A stretch of DNA of 64,000 nt from PVC group bacterium (GCA_024231215.1 JAAEQR010000195.1:14755-78754); one strand, 5' to 3'. Positions 38,012 through 48,667 are shown, numbered from the stretch's first letter. A program made the numbers and translations. Notes: generated by a model not told the origin, from the letters alone.

Positions 38012-38178
38012 AATTCAAAAGCTATAAATAACTTTAATTTGGGTATTAAAAGTTGTGAAATGCGATATTTTTTAAAAATTTTAATTTTTGAATTGAACTT
38101 TTAACTTTACGCTTCGCAGAATCATTTTAGGCTTGTTGATTTGCCCTTTGAATTTTGAGTTATTATTGGAGGTATTTA

Positions 38179-38993
38179 TGTATGAGATTTTATTTTTTGG
38201 CGTTTTGATTGCTTATTTGATAAGTGCGGCTTGTTTTAGTATATCTTTGATAAGTACACGTACTTTTATAAATAAATTAGCTGTATTTTTTACAATATTT
38301 GGATTTATTACGCATACTGCGACTTTAATTTTAAGAACAATAGCAGCTAAATTTCCGCCGATGTCGAATCTATACGAATCAATGTCTTTATTTGCTTGGA
38401 CGATAGTGCTGGTTTTTCTGATTGTTTATTATAAATATAAAATTAATATCTTTGGTGTATTAGTTATGTTGATTTCATCGCTGGTTATTTTATATGCTTC
38501 AACTTTAGATAGTGCAATTCGTCCGCTTTTGCCGGCTTTGCAAAGTTACTGGCTTGCTGTTCATGTAATAACTTGTTTTTTGAGTTATGCTTGTTTTGCC
38601 TGTGCTTTTAGTTTGGGAATAATGTATCTCATTCAGGAGCGGCAGGTGAAAACTAAACAATTGGGTTGGTTTTTTAGTCGTATGCCGTCTTTAGCGATCA
38701 TGGATAAAATAAATCATAATATCATCCTGGTTGGTTTTGTTCTGCTTACCGCAGGGATTATTACCGGTTCTGTCTGGGCTCAGACGGCGTGGGGGAATTG
38801 GTGGAGCTGGGATCCAAAAGAGACATGGGCTTTGATAACATGGCTTATTTACGCGGCATATTTACATGCGCGGTTGAATGCCGGGTGGAGAGGAAAGCGA
38901 GCGGCGATACTTTCTATTATTGGTTTTGTTTCTGTTTTGTTTACTTATTTAGGAGTCGGTCTTTTAATGTCCGGATTACATTCATACTTATAA
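38179..38993 (+). CDS. ccsA: Cytochrome c assembly protein CcsA (system II heme-handling protein)
   Basis: W-rich heme-handling motif WAQTAWGNWWSWDPKETWALITW and 8 TM helices. Confidence 0.85.
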
Positions 38994-38994
38994 A

Positions 38995-40017
38995 ATGATG
39001 AATATTGAACTTATAGGAATTAGTCATAAAACAGCTCCGATCGAGATCCGGGAAAGACTTTCTTTTTCTAACGGATCTTTGGAAAAGGCGTTGTGTTTAT
39101 TAATTCAGAATTCAGGAATTAAAGAGGGAGTTATTTTATCTACATGTAACAGGGTCGAAATATATGCTTTTGGAGATAATGGCTGTTCTTTAAGTTCTTG
39201 TTTGACTGATTTCTTAAGTATGTTTCATGATATTAATAAGGATGATTTTCAAAACCATCTTTATTCCCTGCGTGGATTGTCCGCAATACGCCACCTTTTC
39301 AGGGTTAGCTCTTCGCTTGATTCGCAGGTCTTAGGCGAAAATCAAATTTTGGGACAAATAAAAACAGCGTATTTTAAGGCGAAAGATGTAATGGCTTTGT
39401 CTAGTCAGGGAGCTTTTTTATTTGAAGAGGCAATCAAGCTTGGCAAACGTGTACGTAGTCAAACACAGATAGGCTATGGTGCTGTTTCTATTAGTACCGC
39501 GGCTGTAGAAATGACAAAAAAGATATTTGAAGATCTTTCCCAAAAGAAAGTTTTGATCATTGGCGCAGGAAAGATAGGCGAGCTCTCGGTGCGGCATCTT
39601 TATGATCGAGGGGTAGAGGTTGTATTAGTTGCTAATCGAACTAAAGCCCGGGCTCAGGACTTGGCGAATAAGTTTAATGGTAAGGCAGTAGACTTTAGCA
39701 AGGTTACTGAGGTGCTTAAAGAAGCGGATATCGTGATTTGTTCTGTAAGCAGTCCTCATCTTTTAGTAACCAAGTCTCAGGTTGTGGAGATCATGGGGCA
39801 ACGCAAACAACGCCCGGTATTTTTTATTGATTTGGGTCTTCCCAGGAATATTGATCCCCAAATAAATGATCTGGATAATGTATATGTCTATAATCTGGAT
39901 GATCTTAAGAAAGTGAAGGATGTTAATTTGAGGGAAAGATTAAAAGAGGCGGAAAAAATAGAATCTATAATTGATGAATGTTTGCATAAAATAAGTGGTA
40001 GGGTTAATAATGCGTAG
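38995..40017 (+). CDS. hemA: Glutamyl-tRNA reductase
   Basis: N-terminal GISHKTAPIEIRE, catalytic Cys in STCNRVEIY, NADP-binding GAGKIGE. Coupled to ccsA. Confidence 0.9.
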   Translation: MMNIELIGISHKTAPIEIRERLSFSNGSLEKALCLLIQNSGIKEGVILSTCNRVEIYAFGDNGCSLSSCLTDFLSMFHDINKDDFQNHLYSLRGLSAIRHLFRVSSSLDSQVLGENQILGQIKTAYFKAKDVMALSSQGAFLFEEAIKLGKRVRSQTQIGYGAVSISTAAVEMTKKIFEDLSQKKVLIIGAGKIGELSVRHLYDRGVEVVLVANRTKARAQDLANKFNGKAVDFSKVTEVLKEADIVICSVSSPHLLVTKSQVVEIMGQRKQRPVFFIDLGLPRNIDPQINDLDNVYVYNLDDLKKVKDVNLRERLKEAEKIESIIDECLHKISGRVNNA

Positions 40018-40933
40018 TGCTAATATAGTTGTGATTGGAACAAGGAAAAGTGCTTTAGCTCAGGCCCAGGCAAATAAAGTTTTGTTTGATTTGCAGAAGC
40101 ATTTTTCAGATTATAAATTTAAAATAAAAAAAATTACAACTACCGGTGATCGTTTGAAATCCTGGCCGCAGACAGCGGGTAAAGGATTATTTGTTAAGGA
40201 AATAGAAGAAGCTTTAATCCAAGGGGAGATAGATATCGCTGTGCATAGCATGAAAGATTTGCCTTGTGATATGCCGCAGGGTTTAGAGATTGCCGCAATT
40301 ACAAAACGTTTGAGCCCACAGGATATTTTAATATCTCGTAGCGGGAAAAGATTGATTGATTTGCCTGCGCAGAGCAGAATAGGGACGTCTAGTTTGCGAC
40401 GGAAGACTCAGCTTAAGGCTTATCGTTCGGATCTTAAAGTGGTAGATATTAGAGGCAATCTTGATAGCCGGTTAAAAAAGCTTAAAGAGGGTAAGTATGA
40501 TGCGATTGTGCTTGCCGCAGCAGGGGTCTTGCGTTTAGGCTGGGATGATGTAATTGCAGAGATTTTACCGTTTAAAGTCATGCTGCCTGCTCCGGCGCAA
40601 GGAGCTTTAGGGATAGAAGTAAGAAAAAATGACCGGAGGATAAAGCGGCTGGTAAAGATTTTAAATCATGAAATATCGGCAATTGAAATTAATGCAGAAC
40701 GGGCTTTTTTGCAGGCGATGGGCGGCGGTTGTCGAACGCCATTAGGTGCCTTGGCTCGAATTAAGAGGAATATATTAAAACTGGAAGGGGTAATTGCCGG
40801 GGGGAAAGACGATAATATAATGCGTAATAAAGTGAGTGGCATGAAAAAATTCCCTAAACGTTTGGGACGCAAGCTTGCAGCCCAGATAAAAGTATGTATG
40901 AAAGATCTAATCAGACAGGAGACGGCATGTTAA
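40010..40933 (+). CDS. hemC: Porphobilinogen deaminase (hydroxymethylbilane synthase)
   Basis: VVIGTRKSALAQAQ N-terminus and the cofactor-binding Cys in GGGCRTPLG. ATG at 40010. Confidence 0.85.
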   Translation: MRSANIVVIGTRKSALAQAQANKVLFDLQKHFSDYKFKIKKITTTGDRLKSWPQTAGKGLFVKEIEEALIQGEIDIAVHSMKDLPCDMPQGLEIAAITKRLSPQDILISRSGKRLIDLPAQSRIGTSSLRRKTQLKAYRSDLKVVDIRGNLDSRLKKLKEGKYDAIVLAAAGVLRLGWDDVIAEILPFKVMLPAPAQGALGIEVRKNDRRIKRLVKILNHEISAIEINAERAFLQAMGGGCRTPLGALARIKRNILKLEGVIAGGKDDNIMRNKVSGMKKFPKRLGRKLAAQIKVCMKDLIRQETAC

Positions 40934-42411
40934 ACAATAAAAATCAGAACGGAGTTTCAATTCTTATTATTGACGATGAGCCGCTTTCAGGAAAGACACT
41001 TACTGCAATTTTTAAATCAAAAGGATTTATCAGCAAATATTCTTTGTACGGTAAAGAGGGGCTGGAACTTTTAGAAGATGGATTTGATATATTAATTCTG
41101 GATTTGAAATTGCCGGATATGAACGGCATGGATATTTTAAAACAGACAAAAAAGTTATATCCGGAAACAATAGTTATCCTGGTAACGGCGTATGCATCTG
41201 TAGATACGGCGATTGATGCAATGAATGAAGGGGCTTATACTTATCTGATGAAACCATTTGATGTAGATATATTGGTGCAAACAATAGAGCAGGCTTTAGA
41301 AGAAAGAAAAATTAATGTTAAAAAGGAGAGGTTGGTAAGTAATCTTTCCTTGCTTTATAAGGTAAGTAAAGAATTAGAAGGGGTAATTGAATTGCATAGT
41401 ATTTCCCGGTTAGCGGCGCGGTATCTGGCGGATGTAACGGAAATTGATATTTGCGCTATTCTGCTGATGGATGCAAAAAATAAGCAGTTTTATTTCGGAG
41501 CTTTAAGCGGACATGAAAACGAGAAAGATATTTTAGAGCAAAAGCGTTTTAAGCTAGACGAGAAACTGTATAAACGTTTAGTTGATGAACAGAATGCAGT
41601 ATTGATCCCCAAGCTAAAGGTAAAGTTGCAGATATTAGAATACATTGATGTAAATGATCCTAAATCGTTGTTCATTTTTCCATTGGTTACTAAAAATAAG
41701 GTTATTGGTTTATGTCTCTTGATTAGTCAGGAAGAAGCTTCTTTGGAAGAAACAGTGGTAGAAGCTATTTCCACAATTGGATCAGAGGTTGCCGAATGTA
41801 TCGAAAATGCGAATCGTTATTTGGCATTAAAACATAATTATTTGAGTGCAGTTACATCATTGGTTAGTTCAATTGAAAGCAAGCATCTAGATCCTAAACG
41901 TTCGGAAATGGTATCTGAACGTGCGGCGCAAGTGGCTACCCGGATGAAATTACCTAAGGATGAAATAGAATATATTCGTTTTGCCGGTTTATTGCATGAT
42001 ATTGGCAAAGTGGCAATAAGCGAGCAGATTTTATTTAAGGAGGATTCATTAACGGCTGAGGAGTTTGTAAAGGTAAAGACACATTGTTTGGTTTCAACCA
42101 GTATTATTCGCAAGATTGATACTGAACATCGTTTGGTTCCGATAATACTCTATCATCACGAGCGTTATGACGGCGGAGGGTATCCGGAAGGTTTAAGAGG
42201 AGAGGGGATTCCTATTGGTGCACGTATTTTGGCGGTGTGTGACGCTTTTGAGGCAATGCTATCGAAACGTCCTTACCGACAGGCACTGACCGAAGATGAA
42301 GCAGTAGAGGAGCTTAAACGTTGTGCCGGGGCACAATTTGATTCGCAAGTAGTAGATGCATTTGTTGAAATATTTACAAAAGAAAATAATGATCGTGAAG
42401 AGAAAGTATAA
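40927..42411 (+). CDS. Response regulator with REC, GAF-like and HD-GYP domains (putative c-di-GMP phosphodiesterase)
   Basis: REC domain (ILIIDDEP...ILDLKLPDMNG), central GAF-like region, C-terminal HD-GYP (LLHDIGK ... HHERYDGGGYPEG). Confidence 0.75.
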   Translation: MLNNKNQNGVSILIIDDEPLSGKTLTAIFKSKGFISKYSLYGKEGLELLEDGFDILILDLKLPDMNGMDILKQTKKLYPETIVILVTAYASVDTAIDAMNEGAYTYLMKPFDVDILVQTIEQALEERKINVKKERLVSNLSLLYKVSKELEGVIELHSISRLAARYLADVTEIDICAILLMDAKNKQFYFGALSGHENEKDILEQKRFKLDEKLYKRLVDEQNAVLIPKLKVKLQILEYIDVNDPKSLFIFPLVTKNKVIGLCLLISQEEASLEETVVEAISTIGSEVAECIENANRYLALKHNYLSAVTSLVSSIESKHLDPKRSEMVSERAAQVATRMKLPKDEIEYIRFAGLLHDIGKVAISEQILFKEDSLTAEEFVKVKTHCLVSTSIIRKIDTEHRLVPIILYHHERYDGGGYPEGLRGEGIPIGARILAVCDAFEAMLSKRPYRQALTEDEAVEELKRCAGAQFDSQVVDAFVEIFTKENNDREEKV

Positions 42412-43918
42412 TCCTAAAGTATATCTTGTCGGAGTAGGCCCGGGGGATGAACAACTGGTTTCGAAAGCGGCTATAGATTACATTGCTAAAGCAGATGTAA
42501 TTATCCACGATCGGTTAATCCCTGAGTTTGTTTTGCAAGCCAAAAAGTCTAAAGCTAAGCTTATTGCTGTAGGGAAGACGCCCAAGAAACACCCTGTGCC
42601 GCAGGATAAGATTAACGCGTTACTTTTAAAGCATGCAAAGAATAATAATATAGTAGTTCGTTTAAAAGGAGGAGATCCTTTTTTATTTGGCCGTGGTTCA
42701 GAAGAAGCTCAAGTCTTAGCTAAGGCTGGTATTTATTTTGAGGTAATTTCCGGAATAAGTGCTGGAATTGCGGCTGCGGCTTATGCTGGTATTCCGCTTA
42801 CGCATCGAGGGATAGCTTCGTCAGTGGTATTTGTTACCGGGCATGAGGATCCGTATAAAAAAGGTTCTAGTGTCGATTGGAAAGTCTTGGCTAAGCATAC
42901 AGGGACACTAGTGATTTTTATGGGAATGACGCGCTTGGCAGATATTACAAATAAGCTTATCGCTTATGGGATGAACAAGAAAACCCCTGCATGTGTTGTT
43001 CAGCAAGGCACATTGCCGGAACAAAGATCAGTTGTCGGGACAGTTGCCGATATCGCAGCTTGGGTAAAAAAGAAAAAACTAACTAATCCGGCGATTATTA
43101 TAATCGGTAAGGTTGTAGCTTTACGAAAAGATATTAATTGGTATGAAACTAAATCTTTATTTGGGAAAAAGATTTTAGTGACACGACCGAAAGGTTTTGC
43201 GCAAACTTTTGGTTATCAGCTTAAAAAATTTGGAGCTCAGGTTGTTATCTATCCGTTAATTGAAATAAAAGCGGTAAAAAATATAAAAGCTGCACAAGTA
43301 ATAAAGAAGATTAGAAAAACGGACTGGACAATATTTACCAGTCGCAATGCTGTAGATATATGTTTTGATCTTTTGAAGAAAAATAATAAAGATGCGCGTG
43401 TATTTAATTCCGGGAAGATTGCGGTGCTGGGAGAAGGTACGAATGATAGTCTTACCCAAAGAGGTGTTATTGCTGATTTGATGCCGAAGAAATTTGTTAT
43501 GGAAAGTTTGGTTAGTGAGTTTAAAAAGATTAATATGAAAGGTAAGCGTGTGTATATCCCGCATTCCCGGCAGGGAAGAAGGGTGTTAATAGAAGAACTA
43601 AAGGCTCTGGGGGCAAAGATTGAAGAAGATTTTATTTATGAAGTAAAATGTCCGCGTAGTGTGAGCTCCGGTCAGTTAAAAAAGATATTAAAAGAAGAAT
43701 CGTTTGATATGGTTACTTTTACCAGTTCCAGTGCAGTAAATCAATTTATGAAACTGTTGGGTAAAGAGAAGACTTTATTGAAAAAACAACAGTTTGCGGT
43801 AATCGGTCCGGTAACCAATAGAACTTTGCAGGACTATGGGTATGAATCGGTTGCCCAGGCAAAGCAATATAATATAGACGGATTATGTAAAGCATTGGGG
43901 AGATATTTTTATGATTAA
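42389..43918 (+). CDS. Fused uroporphyrinogen-III C-methyltransferase / uroporphyrinogen-III synthase (CobA-HemD)
   Basis: N-terminal SAM-methyltransferase motifs VYLVGVGPGD, VVRLKGGDPFLFGRG. C-terminal about 250 aa HemD-like domain. Confidence 0.8.
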   Translation: MIVKRKYNPKVYLVGVGPGDEQLVSKAAIDYIAKADVIIHDRLIPEFVLQAKKSKAKLIAVGKTPKKHPVPQDKINALLLKHAKNNNIVVRLKGGDPFLFGRGSEEAQVLAKAGIYFEVISGISAGIAAAAYAGIPLTHRGIASSVVFVTGHEDPYKKGSSVDWKVLAKHTGTLVIFMGMTRLADITNKLIAYGMNKKTPACVVQQGTLPEQRSVVGTVADIAAWVKKKKLTNPAIIIIGKVVALRKDINWYETKSLFGKKILVTRPKGFAQTFGYQLKKFGAQVVIYPLIEIKAVKNIKAAQVIKKIRKTDWTIFTSRNAVDICFDLLKKNNKDARVFNSGKIAVLGEGTNDSLTQRGVIADLMPKKFVMESLVSEFKKINMKGKRVYIPHSRQGRRVLIEELKALGAKIEEDFIYEVKCPRSVSSGQLKKILKEESFDMVTFTSSSAVNQFMKLLGKEKTLLKKQQFAVIGPVTNRTLQDYGYESVAQAKQYNIDGLCKALGRYFYD

Positions 43919-45074
43919 TTTTACTAAGTTATTAGGTGGCAACCCAACGGTTTCCGATGCGTTAAAAGCTGTAAATAGGGCGGAAGCTTCAGATCATGGC
44001 GTGCCAAGCCCGATAGTTGTTTTTAATATAACGCGGCGTTGCAATCTTGATTGTATGCATTGCTATCTGGAGTCTAAAAATCAGGAGTATAAGGGAGAGT
44101 TGGAATCTTCTGAGATCAAAAAAGTCATTGATGATTTGAGTCAGATGCAGATTCCGGTGTTACTTCTTTCCGGAGGAGAGCCGTTAGTCCATAAGGACAT
44201 TTTTCAAATCATAGACTATGCAAAAAGCAAGAAATTGCGGGTAGGATTATCTACTAACGGTACACTTATCACAAAAAAAATTGCTAAGCAGTTGAAAAGT
44301 GCGGGGATAGATTACGTTGGAGTGAGTATCGACGGACTAAAAGGTTTGCATGATAAATTTCGTAATCTTAACGGTGCGTTTGATCAGGCAATGAAAGGGA
44401 TTATTAATTGTCTTGAATCAGAAATTAAAACCGGGGTGAGGTTTACGAACAGCAAACTGAATTATACGCAGTTACCCCAGGTTATAGATTTATGCATAAA
44501 AGAGCAGATTCCCCGTTTCTGCATGTATCATTTGGTTTATTCCGGTAGGGGTGAATCTTTATTAGATCAGGATATTGATAATAAGACGCGCCGGGAGATT
44601 GCTTTATTTCTGGTGGAAAAAACTATAGAATGCCAGGAACAGGGACGTAATTTAGAAATATTAACTGTAGATAACCATGCAGATGGTGTATTTATTTATA
44701 ATCATCTTAAAAAGAAAGATCCGGTACGGGCACAGCAGGTTCTGGAAATGCTTAGGTTGCATGGGGGGTGTTCTTTAGCGAATAAGATTGTGGATATATC
44801 ACCTTTTGGAGATGTATATGCTTGTCAATTCTGGCATAATGACAGTTTGGGGAACATATTAGAAAAAAGTTTTCTTGATATATGGTATAATCAGCATAAT
44901 GAGCATTTATGCCAATTACGCTGTAAAACAGAACATTTAAAGGGTAAATGCGGAAAATGTTCTGTTAATATATATTGCGGAGGATGCCGGGTTCGGGCAT
45001 ATGTTCAGTCTGGTGATTTCTGGCAGGAAGATCCGTGTTGTTATCTTACGGACGAAGAACGTGAATGCATCTAA
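43911..45074 (+). CDS. Radical SAM / SPASM-domain protein of the AhbC/AhbD/NirJ family (siroheme-dependent heme biosynthesis)
   Basis: Radical SAM motif CNLDCMHCY plus a C-terminal Cys-rich SPASM region (CQLRC...CGKC...CGGC). Sits in the heme operon. Confidence 0.65.
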   Translation: MINFTKLLGGNPTVSDALKAVNRAEASDHGVPSPIVVFNITRRCNLDCMHCYLESKNQEYKGELESSEIKKVIDDLSQMQIPVLLLSGGEPLVHKDIFQIIDYAKSKKLRVGLSTNGTLITKKIAKQLKSAGIDYVGVSIDGLKGLHDKFRNLNGAFDQAMKGIINCLESEIKTGVRFTNSKLNYTQLPQVIDLCIKEQIPRFCMYHLVYSGRGESLLDQDIDNKTRREIALFLVEKTIECQEQGRNLEILTVDNHADGVFIYNHLKKKDPVRAQQVLEMLRLHGGCSLANKIVDISPFGDVYACQFWHNDSLGNILEKSFLDIWYNQHNEHLCQLRCKTEHLKGKCGKCSVNIYCGGCRVRAYVQSGDFWQEDPCCYLTDEERECI

Positions 45075-45187
45075 ACGATTCGACGATTGTTCAAAGATAG
45101 ATTTTTTGGCTTGGTTGTAATATAATATGTAGGGGCGCAATAAATTGCGCCCGTAAAAAATAGATATTTAAGAAAGAGAGGCGAATT

Positions 45188-45877
45188 ATGCGTCAGATTG
45201 CTGTTATCGGATTAGGCAGTTTTGGCTCTACTGTGGCAAAAACTTTAACTGATCAGGGAGTAGAAGTGCTTGCGGTTGATTCAGACAAGGAAAAAGTGGA
45301 AAATATAAAAGATTACGTAGCTGTAGCCGTTGCTTTAGATTCAACAGACGATAAGGCCTTACGCGCTATAGGTATTGAGCATGTAGATGCGGCAATTGTC
45401 TGCATTGGTGAGAATGTAGAAGCAAATTTGCTGGCGACTACATTGCTTAAAAAAATGGGGATAAAAAACATCTATGGGCGTTCAGTAAACCCGTTGCAGG
45501 AGGAAATACTTAAATCTCTGGATATAACCAAAATTATTAATCTGGAAAAGGAAATGGGAGAATCTGTGGGTAAGAGCTTAACCAGTCCAAATATTCAGGT
45601 TTCGATGAAACTTGCTAGTGGTCATACCATGGCAGAGATTAAAGTCCCTAAAGAATTCATTGGCAGGTCGCTTAAAGACTTAAATGTAAGGAAACGTTTT
45701 GATGTTAATATCGTAGCGATAAAGAGGCAGATTCCTTCTATCGATGAGAAAGGACAACGTGTTTTTAAGGAGGTCATTAATGACCTTCCTCAGGCAGAAG
45801 ATGTGCTATCGGAAACAAATTATCTTATTGTGGTAGGAAAAGAAGAAAGCATAAATGCGCTTTCTAAACAGAAATAA
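45188..45877 (+). CDS. trkA: TrkA/KtrA-type K+ transport regulatory subunit (RCK_N plus RCK_C)
   Basis: NAD-binding IAVIGLGSFGSTVAKTL and a C-terminal TrkA-C domain. Confidence 0.75.
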   Translation: MRQIAVIGLGSFGSTVAKTLTDQGVEVLAVDSDKEKVENIKDYVAVAVALDSTDDKALRAIGIEHVDAAIVCIGENVEANLLATTLLKKMGIKNIYGRSVNPLQEEILKSLDITKIINLEKEMGESVGKSLTSPNIQVSMKLASGHTMAEIKVPKEFIGRSLKDLNVRKRFDVNIVAIKRQIPSIDEKGQRVFKEVINDLPQAEDVLSETNYLIVVGKEESINALSKQK

Positions 45878-45887
45878 GGATTAAGAT

Positions 45888-46595
45888 ATGAAGAAAAAAA
45901 TTACAATAATATTTTCCTTGGCGACAATTATTTTTTTAGTTATATGGTATATCGCGATGTACCATATAACCTCGGTGGTTAATGACACACTTGTATTACT
46001 AGCCGGACTCGGATGTATCATGACATTATATCTGTTAGATCGGATTAATATTTTCAAGAAAAAACTGGCATTGGCCTTAAAGCATATTTTAGAGAACAAC
46101 TTTCAGACAGGCATGTCTATGTCCGGCAGTGATGAGTTGACAGGTTTATCCAGTGATTTTAACTTAGCTATCGATAGAATCAATCACTATGATCTATTAC
46201 GTGAAAATCAGATTATTTGCTTAAATCGGATAATTAGCATGTTGAATCGTAATATCCAGAACGGTGTGATGATTTTAGATCTTGATTCAGCGCGCATAAA
46301 AATTAATCGCGCGGCACAAGAAATGTTTGGGGTCAATCAGGATGATTTAAGTATAGATTCCGTGACGAAACTTAATGCAAATAGCGAATTTAACCGTCTT
46401 TACCAGGAAATAATTGCCGGCAGAGCTAATACGATTGCCGGGACATTTGAACTATTCCTGCCGATTTTAAGAGCTAAAGCAAGCGTTAATATGAAGATGT
46501 TTGCGATTAAAGATAAAGACGAAAAATTAGATACAATTATTTGTATATTTACAAAGACTTCTATAGCCGTAGACAGCAGTCCCGAAGCAGTATAA
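45888..46595 (+). CDS. Membrane-anchored HAMP plus PAS-like signalling protein without an output domain
   Basis: Two N-terminal TM helices, a HAMP-like amphipathic segment and a PAS-like fold. No kinase or output domain. Confidence 0.5.
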   Translation: MKKKITIIFSLATIIFLVIWYIAMYHITSVVNDTLVLLAGLGCIMTLYLLDRINIFKKKLALALKHILENNFQTGMSMSGSDELTGLSSDFNLAIDRINHYDLLRENQIICLNRIISMLNRNIQNGVMILDLDSARIKINRAAQEMFGVNQDDLSIDSVTKLNANSEFNRLYQEIIAGRANTIAGTFELFLPILRAKASVNMKMFAIKDKDEKLDTIICIFTKTSIAVDSSPEAV

Positions 46596-46603
46596 AAACT
46601 TTA

Positions 46604-48667
46604 ATGTTAAAAAAATACACATTCCGAATATTTTACAGGGTCTTTTTTTTTATTTTAGGATGCCTGCTTATTTTTCCTTCCGGTCTTTTGTCGAACGAGG
46701 ATGAGGATTTAAAATATTTACACCAAGCTCGTATCTTATTTAATCAAGGTAAATACCAGTCAGCAGCATCTATTTATCAGCATTTGGAAAAAAATAATCG
46801 TTTTCAGAAATTTTCCCTGCTTAATCAAGCCCTTATATATAAAAATATGCGCCAATATGAGAAATCAATTTCTATCTATAACCGGCTATTAGATATCGAA
46901 CCGCATAAAATTGTTTATTTTAATCTAGGTGAAGTATATTATTTGAATGCTATGCCGGATAAAGCGATTGCGGCGTTTAATGCTGCTTTAAGGCGTGGAG
47001 AACAAAACGGAAGAATCCATTTTTGGATTGGAAAGTGTTTTCTGGAAAGGAAAGACAGGGCAAACGCAAAAATTAGTTTTCAGGAAGCAGTAAGGATTGA
47101 TGATGATTTTGCTTTGGCGCACCTGGAATTGGGACGTTTATACGCGCAGAAAAAAATATGGTTGAGTGCGGCAAAGCATCTTGAAAAGACAAGGAAGCTT
47201 GACCCTAGTATAACAGAGGTTTATCCTTCTTTAGCCGGGACATATTTCAATCAAAAAAAATATGAGCTGGCGTTAAAGATGTTCCGTAAAGTCGCTGCGG
47301 TAGATCCGGATAATAAAAAGGCTAAGAAATATATTGATAAGATTTATGAAATAGCTGGCAAGGATTTTAAAGATAATCTAGTTAAAAGAGAAGAAAAAAG
47401 GCTCAAACAGACTATGGCAAAGCAGATCCAGCCGATAGCTGTTAAAGGGGCTCCGGTTGTCCGAGTATTGGTCGGTAAAACAGCTAAACTTCGTTTTAAG
47501 TGCGGCTCATCTTTTTCGGTATGCCGGCAGAGTAATGGAGATGTTTTTTTTGAAGGGGATAAGGAGGGGCTTTATACTGTTTCTGTAAAAGATGGGATGC
47601 TGTTATTATCTATCGATGGTAAAAAACAAAGGGAGTTGGACGAAGACCTTGTGATTGTTTTATCTGATCCTCGGGCAACAATACTAATTTTCGATGTTAA
47701 ATCCGGAGAGGGAAAATACTGGGCAAACAGGACAGACCGAAGTTATCGTGGGCAAATGGAATTGCATCCGGCAAAAGATAGCGTTAATCTTATTAATGCG
47801 ATCAATTTAGAAGAATACTTATACGGAGTAGTGCCTAGTGAAATGTCCAGCAGCTGGCCTAAAGGAGCTTTAAAAGCTCAGGCTGTAGCTGCACGCAGTG
47901 AAGCGTATGTAAAAATGGGCAGACATAAAGCAGATGCCTTTGATTTTTGTTCGGATGTACATTGTCAGGCATATGGTGGTGCGCGAGTGGAAACAAAAGC
48001 AACGAATAATGCTGTAGACCAGACCTGCGGACAGGTTGCCATGTATAATAATAAGCCGATAGATGCGATTTATTGTAATAGCTGCGGCGGACATACTCAA
48101 GATAATATTTTTGCTAACTGTGATCCGATTGCCTATTTGCAGGGCAGGCCAGATTATCAGTCAGAATTACCAATTTGGTTTCCTATGGCTCCTTTAGAGA
48201 TGGAAGACTGGCTTTGGGATAAAAAAGTTCCTGCGTTTTGTAATAATAAGAAATTTTCCCGCGCCAGCAATTTTCGCTGGATGCGAAGGTATTCAAAAAG
48301 ACAGCTTGAGAAAATAATAAATAAAAAGTTGGACATTGGAGGATTATTGGCGCTTAATATATTAGATAGGAGTGATTCGTCTCATATAAGATGTATTGAG
48401 ATTGTGGGGACAAAAGGAAAGTTTATAGTTAAGAAAGAGCTAACTATTAGACGTACTTTAGGTAGTTTGCGCAGCAGCATGTTTAATGTTGATACAAAAC
48501 TTAACAAAAAAGGGCAGGCCGAAGCATTTTTATTTTACGGCGGCGGCTGGGGACATGCAGTTGGCATGTGTCAGGTAGGTGCGGCGACCATGGCTCAAAA
48601 CGGATATTCATATAAAGATATTCTGAAGTTTTACTATAAAGGTATTGAGATTAAGGAACTATATTGA
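46604..48667 (+). CDS. TPR-repeat protein with a C-terminal SpoIID/LytB-family domain
   Basis: Signal/anchor N-terminus, several TPR repeats, then SpoIID-like motifs (CSDVHCQAYGG ... YCNSCGGHTQ ... WGHAVGMCQVGA). Confidence 0.7.
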   Translation: MLKKYTFRIFYRVFFFILGCLLIFPSGLLSNEDEDLKYLHQARILFNQGKYQSAASIYQHLEKNNRFQKFSLLNQALIYKNMRQYEKSISIYNRLLDIEPHKIVYFNLGEVYYLNAMPDKAIAAFNAALRRGEQNGRIHFWIGKCFLERKDRANAKISFQEAVRIDDDFALAHLELGRLYAQKKIWLSAAKHLEKTRKLDPSITEVYPSLAGTYFNQKKYELALKMFRKVAAVDPDNKKAKKYIDKIYEIAGKDFKDNLVKREEKRLKQTMAKQIQPIAVKGAPVVRVLVGKTAKLRFKCGSSFSVCRQSNGDVFFEGDKEGLYTVSVKDGMLLLSIDGKKQRELDEDLVIVLSDPRATILIFDVKSGEGKYWANRTDRSYRGQMELHPAKDSVNLINAINLEEYLYGVVPSEMSSSWPKGALKAQAVAARSEAYVKMGRHKADAFDFCSDVHCQAYGGARVETKATNNAVDQTCGQVAMYNNKPIDAIYCNSCGGHTQDNIFANCDPIAYLQGRPDYQSELPIWFPMAPLEMEDWLWDKKVPAFCNNKKFSRASNFRWMRRYSKRQLEKIINKKLDIGGLLALNILDRSDSSHIRCIEIVGTKGKFIVKKELTIRRTLGSLRSSMFNVDTKLNKKGQAEAFLFYGGGWGHAVGMCQVGAATMAQNGYSYKDILKFYYKGIEIKELY

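Noticed and set aside
45130-45160. Perfect hairpin GGGCGCAAtaaaTTGCGCCC between the radical SAM gene and trkA
   Set aside because: There is no T-run on either side in terminator geometry, and it is a single copy. It is possibly a protein-binding palindrome, but there is nothing more to support it.
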